Below, one piece after another: positions 1-7,723 of a DNA stretch of 14,030 nt (position 1 is its first letter; each line of letters begins with the position of its first letter). The position numbers and the translations under genes were made by a program. Under the pieces are notes generated by a model that saw nothing but the letters and a program-made list of their open reading frames with translations, was not told where the DNA came from and did no database searches. Source of the DNA: a virus (Duplodnaviria > Heunggongvirae > Uroviricota > Caudoviricetes); the IMG/VR virus record IMGVR_UViG_2565956629_000003. The stretch is one strand, 5' to 3'.

Positions 1-255
1 TTAGCTGATGCGAAAGCTGAAAATGATGCTCTTCGGCGCAAGCTTGATAATGGTGGTCGGGTGTTCGTCAAAGGAAAATGCCCTGTGCCAACCTCAGCCG
101 AAGCCTCCAGCGCCTCCGGCATGGGCAATGATGCCACCGTCGAACTCTCTCCAGTTGCTGGACGAAACGTTCTCGGTATCCGGGACGGAATCATCAGCGA
201 CCAAACAGCACTGAGAACGCTTCAGGAATACATCAGGACGCAATGCCTTCGATGA
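1..255 (+). CDS. Rz: i-spanin Rz, 3' portion (5' end lies outside the window)
   Basis: Frame 1 is open from base 1 to TGA at 253-255. Translation LADAKAENDALRRKLDNGGRVFVKGKCPVPTSAEASSASG...LRTLQEYIRTQCLR resembles the C-terminal part of lambda Rz as I recall it (LADAKAENDAL...). An Rz1-like ORF is embedded in another frame. Confidence 0.8.
   Translation, partial: LADAKAENDALRRKLDNGGRVFVKGKCPVPTSAEASSASGMGNDATVELSPVAGRNVLGIRDGIISDQTALRTLQEYIRTQCLR
8..214 (+). CDS. Rz1: o-spanin Rz1 (outer-membrane lipoprotein) embedded within Rz
   Basis: ATG at 8. Product MRKLKMMLFGASLIMVVGCSSKENALCQPQPKPPAPPAWAMMPP... has a signal peptide with a lipobox-like VVGC followed by a proline-rich segment, and a lambda Rz1-like N-terminus (M-KLKMML). 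Fully nested in the Rz reading frame region. Confidence 0.8.
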   Translation: MRKLKMMLFGASLIMVVGCSSKENALCQPQPKPPAPPAWAMMPPSNSLQLLDETFSVSGTESSATKQH

Positions 256-455
256 TAGCGATAATTTTACTCATCATCCTTCACATCTGGCTCTGTAGAC
301 AGGGTGGTGATCACTTCTGGAGTGAATCCAGATTAAATATCTCATTGCTGATGCTTGATATTGAGCATCTTGCGCGCGGTAAGGGGCTGCGTTGGGATAA
401 GAGCCAGTCATTACAAATACCAGGATTTAGCCTCGCATTCGCGGGGCTTTTGTAA
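243..455 (+). CDS. hypothetical small membrane protein (orphan ORF between spanin genes and cos)
   Basis: ATG at 243 (second in-frame ATG at 252) with AGGA 4-5 nt upstream. 70 aa with a hydrophobic N-terminal segment IAIILLIILHIWL. Hairpin plus T-tract overlaps its stop codon. Uses several rare codons (ATA, AGA, TTA). No homolog recognised. Confidence 0.3.
   Translation: MPSMIAIILLIILHIWLCRQGGDHFWSESRLNISLLMLDIEHLARGKGLRWDKSQSLQIPGFSLAFAGLL
430..452 (+). terminator. putative rho-independent terminator
   Basis: Stem gcctcgc (430-436), loop attc, stem gcggggc (441-447) giving 7 bp with one G-U pair, followed by TTTT (448-451). Confidence 0.35.
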
Positions 456-813
456 TGGCTTATACCCTACACGGGATAACTTAACTGATATCCCTTTTAA
501 CGGATAAAGGTATTCAAGCCTGACACATCATGCGCTGTATCGTCGCCGTATTCCCGTATTAACAGAGACCGTAGCCCGACGGGGAACTCCTTCTGCGCGA
601 GTGTGCGGGAATAATCAAAAACGATGCACACCGGGTTTTTACCGCGTTTATGGTTCGCGGGTTTGTCCCTCATGCTCGCCAGTCCTGTGCGGGGGTGGAA
701 GAAACAGGACACTCACACAGATTCTTGTGGGCACGATGCTATTCCTTTCTGGATTATCCCGATGCCATTCATGCAGGGCGCTGTATCAGACGTTCGTCAT
801 GGCTGTCAGGCTG

Positions 814-861
814 ACGGGTCCTCCCGGTGGGGTGGCCTGCCACGGGGCGGGAGCGTCGCGG
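814..861. other. cos site: cosQ-like element (814-829) and cosN with predicted 12-nt cohesive end GGGCGGGAGCGT (845-856)
   Basis: ACGGGTCCTCCCGGTG ... ACG GGGCGGGAGCGT CGCGG closely resembles the lambda cos junction as I recall it (ACGGGTCCTTTCCGGTG...TTACG GGGCGGCGACCT CGCGGG). It lies about 170 bp upstream of the terminase small-subunit start, as in lambda. Confidence 0.55.
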
Positions 862-874
862 AAAAAGGCTAGTT

Positions 875-977
875 TTTGCATTTTTATTGGCCACCATCAT
901 CTTTGCATCTTATTGATTATTAATGGTTATTTGTTTTTTGCATGTCGAATTGAGTGTTTTTTGTTCGACATCGAACG
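875..977. repeat. putative cosB: three direct TTTGCAT repeats and an 8-bp inverted repeat in an AT-rich tract
   Basis: TTTGCAT at 875-881, 902-908 and 937-943. Perfect inverted repeat ATGTCGAA (942-949) / TTCGACAT (964-971). Position between cosN and the small terminase gene mirrors the R3-I1-R2-R1 layout of lambda cosB. Confidence 0.35.
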
Positions 978-1030
978 CGTTTTCTTAAAGTTGTTCGCAC
1001 GATGCATGTTTAAAGCTCTCCGGAGGAAAT

Positions 1031-1522
1031 ATGGATCATGAGTTGAAAAACCTGGTGCTGAATATTAATCAACTGGCGGCTTTATCTGGTCTGCACCGCC
1101 AGACTGTCGTGGCAAGACTGAAAAACATTCGTCCCGCTGGTGGACATGACAAACTCAAGCTATACCGGTTGACCGATATTCTGACTGAATTTATGGGGTT
1201 ACCACCGCCGGTTGCTGAGGGCGAAATGGATCCACATGAACGCAAAGCCTGGTATCAGTCTGAACGTGAGCGTCTTAAGTTCGAACAGGAAACGGCACAA
1301 CTCATTCCGGCCAGTGATGTCAGACGGGAGTTTGCCATCTGGGCAAAAGCGGTCGTGCAGGTGCTGGAGACATTACCGGATATTCTTGAACGTGACTGCG
1401 GTCTGCAGCCTGCCGCTGTGAGCCGTGTTCAGTTCATTATTGATGATCTGCGCGATCAGATAGCCCTGCGGGTGACTGAAGCAGGTGCGGATGATGAGGA
1501 GGAATTACAGCAGGAGGAGTAA
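1031..1522 (+). CDS. terminase small subunit (N-terminal HTH DNA-binding region, acidic C-terminus)
   Basis: ATG at 1031 preceded by GGAGG (1022-1026). Stop TAA overlaps the large-subunit ATG (TAATG). 163 aa; N-terminal segment NINQLAALSGLHRQTVVARLKN looks like a helix-turn-helix; acidic tail DDEEELQQEE. Sits immediately downstream of cos and upstream of the large terminase. Confidence 0.8.
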   Translation: MDHELKNLVLNINQLAALSGLHRQTVVARLKNIRPAGGHDKLKLYRLTDILTEFMGLPPPVAEGEMDPHERKAWYQSERERLKFEQETAQLIPASDVRREFAIWAKAVVQVLETLPDILERDCGLQPAAVSRVQFIIDDLRDQIALRVTEAGADDEEELQQEE

Positions 1523-3624
1523 TGCTGAATCAGGAAACCGCAAAGGCAGCACGAACCGATTCAGGTTATATCCTTCGAGCACCGAGACGAATGCGGGTTG
1601 CTGATGCCGTTGCTCAGTATATGCGGGTGCCCATGGGGGCAGGGAACTCAGTCCCGTGGGATCCGCTGGTGGCACCGTATGTTATTGAGCCGATGAACTG
1701 CCTGGCCTCGCGTGAATACGACGCAGTGATATTTGTTGGCCCGGCACGAACCGGCAAGACTATCGGCCTGATTGACGGCTGGGTGATTTACAACGTGATT
1801 TGCGATCCTGCTGATATGCTGATCATTCAGATGACGGAGGAAAAAGCCCGCGAACACTCCAAAAAACGACTCGCCAGAACGTTTCGCGTCAGCCCGGAAG
1901 TGGTCAGTCGCCTGAGTCCGAACAAAAATGACAACAACGTTTATGACAGAACATTCCTTGCTGGCAACTACCTGAAAATCGGCTGGCCGTCAGTCAATAT
2001 CATGTCCTCATCAGATTATAAATGCGTCGCGCTGACGGATTATGACCGTTTTCCGGAAGATATTGATGGCGAGGGGGATGCCTTCTCTCTTGCCTCAAAA
2101 CGTACCACCACATTTATGTCCAGCGGTATGACGCTGGTGGAGAGTTCCCCCGGCAGGGATGTGAAGGATGTGAAATGGCGACGGACTTCACCGCATGAGG
2201 CTCCACCAACCACGGGGATCCTGTCGCTCTATAACCGTGGTGATCGCCGTCGCTGGTACTGGCCCTGTCCACACTGTGGTGAGTATTTTCAGCCCTGCGG
2301 CGATGTGGTTGCTGGTTTCCGTGATATTGCCGATCCCGTGCTGGCAAGTGAGGCGGCTTATATTCAGTGTCCTTCCTGTTCAGGACGGATTATGCCTGAA
2401 CAAAAACGTGAGCTGAACGGACGTGGGGTCTGGTTGCGGGATGGTGAATCCATCAATGCGGATGGCAGTCGTTATGGTGATCCCCGACGCTCACGTATTG
2501 CGTCATTCTGGATGGAGGGTCCGGCAGCTGCTTACCAGACACTCTCGCAACTCGTTTACAAACTGCTTACTGCAGAACAGGAATACGAGACAACCGGAAG
2601 TGAAGAAACACTCAAGACGGTTATCAATACCGACTGGGGATTACCTTATCTTCCCCGCGCCAGCATGGAGCAACGAAAAAGTGAACTGCTTGAGCAGCGG
2701 GCAGAGCCAGTTCTTTCCCGCAGTGTGCCGGATGGCGTTAATTTCCTTGTGGCGACAGTGGATGTGCAGGCGGGACGTCATCGCCGTTTTGTGGTTCAGG
2801 TAACGGGCTATGGCAGCCGTGGCGAACGCTGGATTATTGATCGTTACAACATCACGCAGTCATTGCGCGGTGACAGCGACGGGGAGAGCCAGCGAATTGA
2901 TCCGGCCAGCTATCCGGAAGACTGGGATGTCCTGCTGACGGATGTTTTTCATAAAAGCTGGCCGCTGGCCTCCAATCCTTCTCAACAAATGCGACTGATG
3001 GCAATGGCGGTGGACTCCGGCGGTGAAGACGGGGTCACTGATAATGCCTATAAATTCTGGCGTCGTTGCCGTCGTGATGGCCTTGGTAAACGTATTTACC
3101 TGTTTAAGGGCGACAGCATCCGGCGCGCAAAACTGATCACCCGTACATTCCCTGATAACACCGGACGAACGGGCCGACGGGCGCAGGCCGCAGGTGATGT
3201 GCCGCTCTGGCTTCTTCAGACGGATGCCCTGAAAGACCGGGTGAATAACGCGTTATGGCGTGACTCGCCAGGTCCCGGCTATGTGCATTTCCCTGACTGG
3301 CTGGGGAGCTGGTTTTACGACGAACTGACGTATGAAGAGCGGAGCAGTGACGGGAAATGGAGTAAGCCGGGGCGCGGTGCCAACGAAGCTTTTGACCTGA
3401 TGGTGTATGCCGAGGCTCTGGTCATTCTGCATGGATACGAAAAGATCCGCTGGCCGGATGCACCGGAGTGGGCGAGCCGGGAAACCTGGCTGGAGTGTGT
3501 CCCGGACAGTACCGAACCGTCACCCACACCGGAACCTGTATCCACGCCTGTTAAAAAACAAAAACGGAAGAAAACAGTAACTGACGATGTTAACCCCTGG
3601 CTGACTTCCGGAGGATGGTTATGA
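1522..3624 (+). CDS. terminase large subunit (lambda gpA family)
   Basis: 700-aa ORF. P-loop GPARTGKT (about 1737-1760). Cys motifs CPHCGEYF and CPSCSG comparable to lambda gpA CPHCGEE. Synteny with small terminase upstream and gpW/portal downstream. Confidence 0.93.
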   Translation: MLNQETAKAARTDSGYILRAPRRMRVADAVAQYMRVPMGAGNSVPWDPLVAPYVIEPMNCLASREYDAVIFVGPARTGKTIGLIDGWVIYNVICDPADMLIIQMTEEKAREHSKKRLARTFRVSPEVVSRLSPNKNDNNVYDRTFLAGNYLKIGWPSVNIMSSSDYKCVALTDYDRFPEDIDGEGDAFSLASKRTTTFMSSGMTLVESSPGRDVKDVKWRRTSPHEAPPTTGILSLYNRGDRRRWYWPCPHCGEYFQPCGDVVAGFRDIADPVLASEAAYIQCPSCSGRIMPEQKRELNGRGVWLRDGESINADGSRYGDPRRSRIASFWMEGPAAAYQTLSQLVYKLLTAEQEYETTGSEETLKTVINTDWGLPYLPRASMEQRKSELLEQRAEPVLSRSVPDGVNFLVATVDVQAGRHRRFVVQVTGYGSRGERWIIDRYNITQSLRGDSDGESQRIDPASYPEDWDVLLTDVFHKSWPLASNPSQQMRLMAMAVDSGGEDGVTDNAYKFWRRCRRDGLGKRIYLFKGDSIRRAKLITRTFPDNTGRTGRRAQAAGDVPLWLLQTDALKDRVNNALWRDSPGPGYVHFPDWLGSWFYDELTYEERSSDGKWSKPGRGANEAFDLMVYAEALVILHGYEKIRWPDAPEWASRETWLECVPDSTEPSPTPEPVSTPVKKQKRKKTVTDDVNPWLTSGGWL

Positions 3625-3833
3625 ACCAGAATGATATCGAAGCCATGATTCAGCGTTATACGGAAGCTGAAATGGCGGTGCTGGACGGAAAATCCGTCAC
3701 CTTTAATGGTCAGCAGATGACCATGGAAAACTTATCTGAGATCCGGCAGGGACGGCAGGAGTGGGAGCGCCGCCTTGCGGCTCTGATTACACGACGACGG
3801 GGGCATCCCGGGTACCGGCTGGCGAGGTTCTGA
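3621..3833 (+). CDS. head-tail connector / head completion protein (lambda gpW-like)
   Basis: ATG at 3621 lies 6 nt after GGAGG (3610-3614) and overlaps the terminase stop (ATGA). 70 aa ending ...RRRGHPGYRLARF, similar in size and C-terminal RRRG motif to lambda gpW. Located between terminase and portal as in lambda. Confidence 0.7.
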   Translation: MNQNDIEAMIQRYTEAEMAVLDGKSVTFNGQQMTMENLSEIRQGRQEWERRLAALITRRRGHPGYRLARF

Positions 3834-5341
3834 TGGCAATTCTTGATGATGTGATTGGCGTTTTTTCACCAGGATGGAAAGCGGCAAGGCTGCGTTCCCG
3901 TGCGGTGATCCAGGCTTATGAGGCCGTAAAAACGACGCGGACACACAAAGCCCGGCGGGAAAACCGAACTGCCGACCAGTTAAGCCAGTACGGGGCCGTG
4001 TCGTTACGTGAGCAGGCCCGTTACCTTGATAACAACCACGATCTGGTTATTGGTGTATTTGACAAGCTGGAAGAACGGGTGGTGGGGAAAAACGGGATTA
4101 TTGTCGAGCCACATCCGGTATTACGCAATGGGGCCATTGCCCGTGACCTGGCTGCGGAGATTCGCACCCGATGGAGTGAATGGTCTGTCAGCCCGGAAGT
4201 CACCGGGCAGTTTACCCGTCCGATGCTGGAACGTCTGATGCTGCGTACCTGGCTGCGCGATGGTGAGGTGTTTGCCCAGATGGTTTCCGGGCGCATAAAC
4301 AGCCTGACGCCTTCTGCCGGTGTTCATTTCTGGCTGGAGGCGCTCGAGCCGGACTTTATTCCCATGACCAGTGATGAGAGCAACAGGCTGAATCAGGGCG
4401 TGTTTGTTGATGACTGGGGGCGTCCCGAAAAATATCTGGTGTATAAAAGCCGTCCCGTATCCGGACGGCAGATGGAAACCAAAGAAGTGGATGCAGAGCG
4501 AATGCTGCATCTTAAATTTGTTCGCCGTCTGCACCAGATGCGCGGGACGTCTTTGTTGTCCGGTGTGCTGATCCGCCTCAGTGCCCTGAAAGAGTATGAA
4601 GATTCTGAGCTGACTGCAGCAAGGATCGCCGCTGCTCTGGGGATGTACATCCGCAAAGGCGACGGGCAGAGCTATGAACCGGATGGTAATGGCAGCAAGG
4701 ATAAGGAACGCGAGCTTACCATTCAGCCAGGCATTATTTACGACGATCTGAAACCCGGCGAAGAAATCGGAATGGTGAAGTCGGATCGTCCCAATCCTAA
4801 CCTTGAAACTTTTCGTAATGGTCAGTTGCGTGCCGTGGCGGCGGGCAGTCGTCTGAGTTTTTCCAGTACGGCACGCAACTATAACGGTACTTACAGCGCC
4901 CAGCGTCAGGAACTGGTTGAGTCTACTGATGGCTACCTGATCCTGCAGGACTGGTTTATTGGTGCCGTCACCCGCCCGATGTATCGTGCCTGGCTGAAAC
5001 AGGCTGTGGCATCCGGTGTTATCAGGCTACCCCGCGATCTTGACCGTTCTTCACTGTATACCGCGGTGTATTCCGGACCGGTGATGCCGTGGATTGACCC
5101 TGTTAAGGAGGCTGAGGCCTGGAAAATCCAGATTCGTGGTGGAGCGGCGACAGAATCAGACTGGGTACGTGCAGGTGGTCGTAATCCGGATGATGTCAAA
5201 CGTCGGCGCAAGGCCGAAATTGATGAAAACCGCAAGCTGGATCTGGTATTTGATACCGATCCAGCCAGTGATAAAGGAGGCAGCAGTGCCGCAACGAAAC
5301 GACAGGAGCCGCAGCATACCGACGACCAGTCCGAAGAATAA
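3833..5341 (+). CDS. portal protein (lambda gpB family)
   Basis: ATG at 3833 overlaps the upstream stop (TGATG); the longer ORF-track start at 3761 would overlap the upstream gene by 72 nt. About 502 aa, acidic C-terminus. Position between gpW-like and the protease/capsid gene. Confidence 0.88.
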   Translation: MAILDDVIGVFSPGWKAARLRSRAVIQAYEAVKTTRTHKARRENRTADQLSQYGAVSLREQARYLDNNHDLVIGVFDKLEERVVGKNGIIVEPHPVLRNGAIARDLAAEIRTRWSEWSVSPEVTGQFTRPMLERLMLRTWLRDGEVFAQMVSGRINSLTPSAGVHFWLEALEPDFIPMTSDESNRLNQGVFVDDWGRPEKYLVYKSRPVSGRQMETKEVDAERMLHLKFVRRLHQMRGTSLLSGVLIRLSALKEYEDSELTAARIAAALGMYIRKGDGQSYEPDGNGSKDKERELTIQPGIIYDDLKPGEEIGMVKSDRPNPNLETFRNGQLRAVAAGSRLSFSSTARNYNGTYSAQRQELVESTDGYLILQDWFIGAVTRPMYRAWLKQAVASGVIRLPRDLDRSSLYTAVYSGPVMPWIDPVKEAEAWKIQIRGGAATESDWVRAGGRNPDDVKRRRKAEIDENRKLDLVFDTDPASDKGGSSAATKRQEPQHTDDQSEE

Positions 5342-5354
5342 TTCCTGGTTCAGG

Positions 5355-7313
5355 ATGCAGGCTGGTCACCAGAGTGACGCGGATATTTATATTTATGACG
5401 AGATTGGTTTCTGGGGTGTTACAGCGAAGCAGTTTATCAGTGATCTGAATGCACTGGGCGATATCACCCACATTAATCTCCATATTAATTCACCGGGTGG
5501 CGATGTCTTTGAAGGCATCGCCATTTTTAATGCGCTGAAAACACATGGTGCGTCCATTACCGTTTATGTCGACGGTGTGGCGGCGTCAATGGCGTCGGTC
5601 ATTGCGATGGTGGGAAACCCGGTCATTATGCCGGAAAACACCTTCATGATGATTCATAAACCATTTGGCTTTACGGGCGGTGATGCGGAGGACATGCGCA
5701 CCTATGCCGACCTGCTCGATAAGGTTGAGGCGGTTCTGTTACCCGCTTATGCACAGAAAACCGGGAAAACCACCGATGAAATTGCTGCCATGCTGGCGGA
5801 TGAGACCTGGATGTCCGGTGCCGAATGTCTGGCACATGGATTTGCTGATCAGGTAACGCCAGCCGTTAAGGCAATGGCATGTATTCAGTCAAAACGTACA
5901 GAGGAATTTAAAAAGATGCCGGAATCCATTCGAAACATGATTACTCCGCCACGCAACAGTGCTCCACGCGTACAGGATGATGAACCTGCAGCCTCCCGGA
6001 CGCCAGTGCAGGCAGCAGCACCCGTGGTGGATGAAAACAGTATCCGTGCGCAGGTACTGGCAGAGCAAAAAGCGCGTGTAAACGGTATTAATGATCTGTT
6101 TGCCATGTTTGGCGGGCGTTATCAGACGCTGCAGGCTCAGTGTCTTGCCGATCCTGAATGTTCGCTGGAGCGGGCCCGCGAAAAGCTGTTGAACGAGATG
6201 GGGCGCGAGTCCACGCCATCCAATAAAAATACCCCGGCTCATATTTATGCCGGTAACGGTAATTTTGTGGGGGACGGGATCCGCCAGGCGCTGATGGCGC
6301 GTGCCGGATTTGAAAAAACCGAACGTGATAATGTCTACAACGGGATGACCCTGCGTGAATATGCCCGTATGTCACTGACTGAACGGGGTATTGGGGTTTC
6401 CAGTTATAACCCGATGCAGATGGTCGGTGCGGCGTTCACACACAGTACGTCTGACTTCGGTAATATTCTGCTGGATGTTGCGAACAAAGCCATTCTGCAG
6501 GGCTGGGAAGATGCCCCTGAAACCTATGAACAGTGGACGCGGAAAGGTCAGTTGTCTGATTTTAAAATTGCCCATCGTGTGGGTATGGGGGGCTTCAGTG
6601 CTCTGCGTCAGGTGCGTGAAGGGGCGGAATATAAATACGTCACCACCGGAGATAAACAGGCCACTATTGCACTGGCGACCTATGGCGAGCTGTTCAGTAT
6701 CACCCGTCAGGCCATTATCAATGATGATCTGAATATGCTGACCGATGTCCCGATGAAACTGGGCCGTGCGGCGAAATCCACTATTGCCGATCTGGTTTAT
6801 GCCATTCTGACGTCTAACCCGAAAATCTCCACAGATAATGTAAGTCTGTTCGATAAAGCGAAACATGCAAACGTACTGGAGAGCGCTGCAATGGACGTGG
6901 CATCGCTGGATAAAGCCCGCCAGTTGATGCGCGTTCAGAAAGAGGGGGAGCGTCATCTGAATATTCGTCCTGCGTTCGTACTGGTACCGACGGCGATGGA
7001 GTCTGTTGCTAACCAGGTCATTCGCTCCTCAAGTGTCAAGGGGGCTGACATTAACGCCGGTATTATTAACCCGGTGAAAGATTTTGCGACCGTTATTGCA
7101 GAGCCTCGTCTTGATGATAACAGCCAGACCACCTTCTACCTGGCTGCGTCAAAAGGCTCCGATACGATTGAAGTGGCTTATCTCAACGGTGTGGATACGC
7201 CATATATTGATCAGATGGAGGGCTTCAGTGTGGATGGCGTGACAACGAAAGTGCGTATTGACGCCGGTGTCGCGCCAGTTGATCACCGCGGTCTGGTGAA
7301 ATGTACGGCGTAA
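5355..7313 (+). CDS. prohead protease (ClpP/S49 type) - scaffold-like linker - major capsid protein fusion
   Basis: Continuous ORF. N-terminal domain carries ClpP-type motifs GVAASMAS (Ser codon 5586-5588) and MMIHKP (His codon 5655-5657). Middle is an Ala/Pro/Gln-rich linker. C-terminal ~400 aa is capsid-like. Start chosen at the first ATG after the portal stop (5355); the ORF-track start at 5094 would overlap the portal by about 250 nt. Confidence 0.85.
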   Translation: MQAGHQSDADIYIYDEIGFWGVTAKQFISDLNALGDITHINLHINSPGGDVFEGIAIFNALKTHGASITVYVDGVAASMASVIAMVGNPVIMPENTFMMIHKPFGFTGGDAEDMRTYADLLDKVEAVLLPAYAQKTGKTTDEIAAMLADETWMSGAECLAHGFADQVTPAVKAMACIQSKRTEEFKKMPESIRNMITPPRNSAPRVQDDEPAASRTPVQAAAPVVDENSIRAQVLAEQKARVNGINDLFAMFGGRYQTLQAQCLADPECSLERAREKLLNEMGRESTPSNKNTPAHIYAGNGNFVGDGIRQALMARAGFEKTERDNVYNGMTLREYARMSLTERGIGVSSYNPMQMVGAAFTHSTSDFGNILLDVANKAILQGWEDAPETYEQWTRKGQLSDFKIAHRVGMGGFSALRQVREGAEYKYVTTGDKQATIALATYGELFSITRQAIINDDLNMLTDVPMKLGRAAKSTIADLVYAILTSNPKISTDNVSLFDKAKHANVLESAAMDVASLDKARQLMRVQKEGERHLNIRPAFVLVPTAMESVANQVIRSSSVKGADINAGIINPVKDFATVIAEPRLDDNSQTTFYLAASKGSDTIEVAYLNGVDTPYIDQMEGFSVDGVTTKVRIDAGVAPVDHRGLVKCTA

Positions 7314-7336
7314 ACGTCGCAGACAACAACTCTGAT

Positions 7337-7356
7337 GGCCCGTAAGGGCTTTTTTT
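7337..7356 (+). terminator. putative intrinsic terminator downstream of the capsid gene (short GC stem, GNRA loop, U7)
   Basis: ggccc-GTAA-gggct followed by TTTTTT (7350-7356), directly after the capsid stop at 7313. Confidence 0.4.
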
Positions 7357-7399
7357 GTACCTGAAATCAGCCCCTGAACGGGGCTGTGCGGAGACAGTT

Positions 7400-7723
7400 A
7401 TGGCAAAGAATTTTGTAGAAGAAGGAAAAACGGTGGCGATTGTTGCCAGTGCAGCCATCAGCAGCGGAGATCTGGTGCAGGTGGGTGATGTTTTTGCGGT
7501 GGCGCTGACCGATATTCCACAGGGTGAAACAGGCGACGGCATGACCGAAGGTGTGTTTATGCTGCCTAAGCTGAAAACGGATGACATGAAAACGGGTAAG
7601 AAGGTTTATCTGAAGTCCGGAAAAGTTCAGCTGACTAACAGCGGCTCTGATCCGCTGGTCGGGGTTGTCTGGGCAGATGCCGGAACCAGTGCAGAAGAAG
7701 TGCCGGTAAAACTCAATGTCTGA
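7400..7723 (+). CDS. small head-associated protein (possibly DUF2190-type decoration / capsid-associated protein)
   Basis: ATG at 7400 with GGAG at 7390-7393. 107 aa, MAKNFVEEGKTVAIVASAAISSGDLVQVGDVFAVAL... Follows the capsid gene, where decoration proteins are typically encoded. Family assignment is from memory and unverified. Confidence 0.55.
   Translation: MAKNFVEEGKTVAIVASAAISSGDLVQVGDVFAVALTDIPQGETGDGMTEGVFMLPKLKTDDMKTGKKVYLKSGKVQLTNSGSDPLVGVVWADAGTSAEEVPVKLNV

Noticed and set aside
640-680. GGTTCGCGGG segment as a possible tRNA T-arm
   Set aside because: Does not match the GTTCRANYC T-loop consensus and no cloverleaf (acceptor stem or anticodon arm) could be built around it.
906-918. 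IHF site in the AT-rich cosB region (around TTGATT at 913-918)
   Set aside because: Only a partial match to WATCAANNNNTTR on either strand. AT-richness alone is insufficient, so it is not listed as a feature.
601-1041. Plus-strand ORFs 601..1041 (146 aa) and 624..872 (82 aa)
   Set aside because: Both run through the predicted cosQ/cosN and cosB elements; a gene spanning cos would be split in the linear virion genome. Low-complexity translations and no RBS. Treated as chance ORFs.
2157-2178. Tandem repeat gatgtgaag gatgtgaaa (encodes DVKDVK) in the large terminase gene
   Set aside because: A two-codon duplication inside a coding region; too short to be a regulatory repeat or CRISPR-like element.
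5094-5354. Upstream start (5094) for the protease/capsid ORF
   Set aside because: Would overlap the portal gene by about 250 nt in another frame. The first ATG after the portal stop (5355) is the parsimonious start.
2114-7587. Minus-strand and alternate-frame ORFs inside terminase, portal and capsid genes (e.g. 2114..2347, 4121..4534, 6372..6956, 7225..7587)
   Set aside because: Fully nested within strongly supported + strand structural genes. No homology recognised and no start signals. Shadow ORFs.
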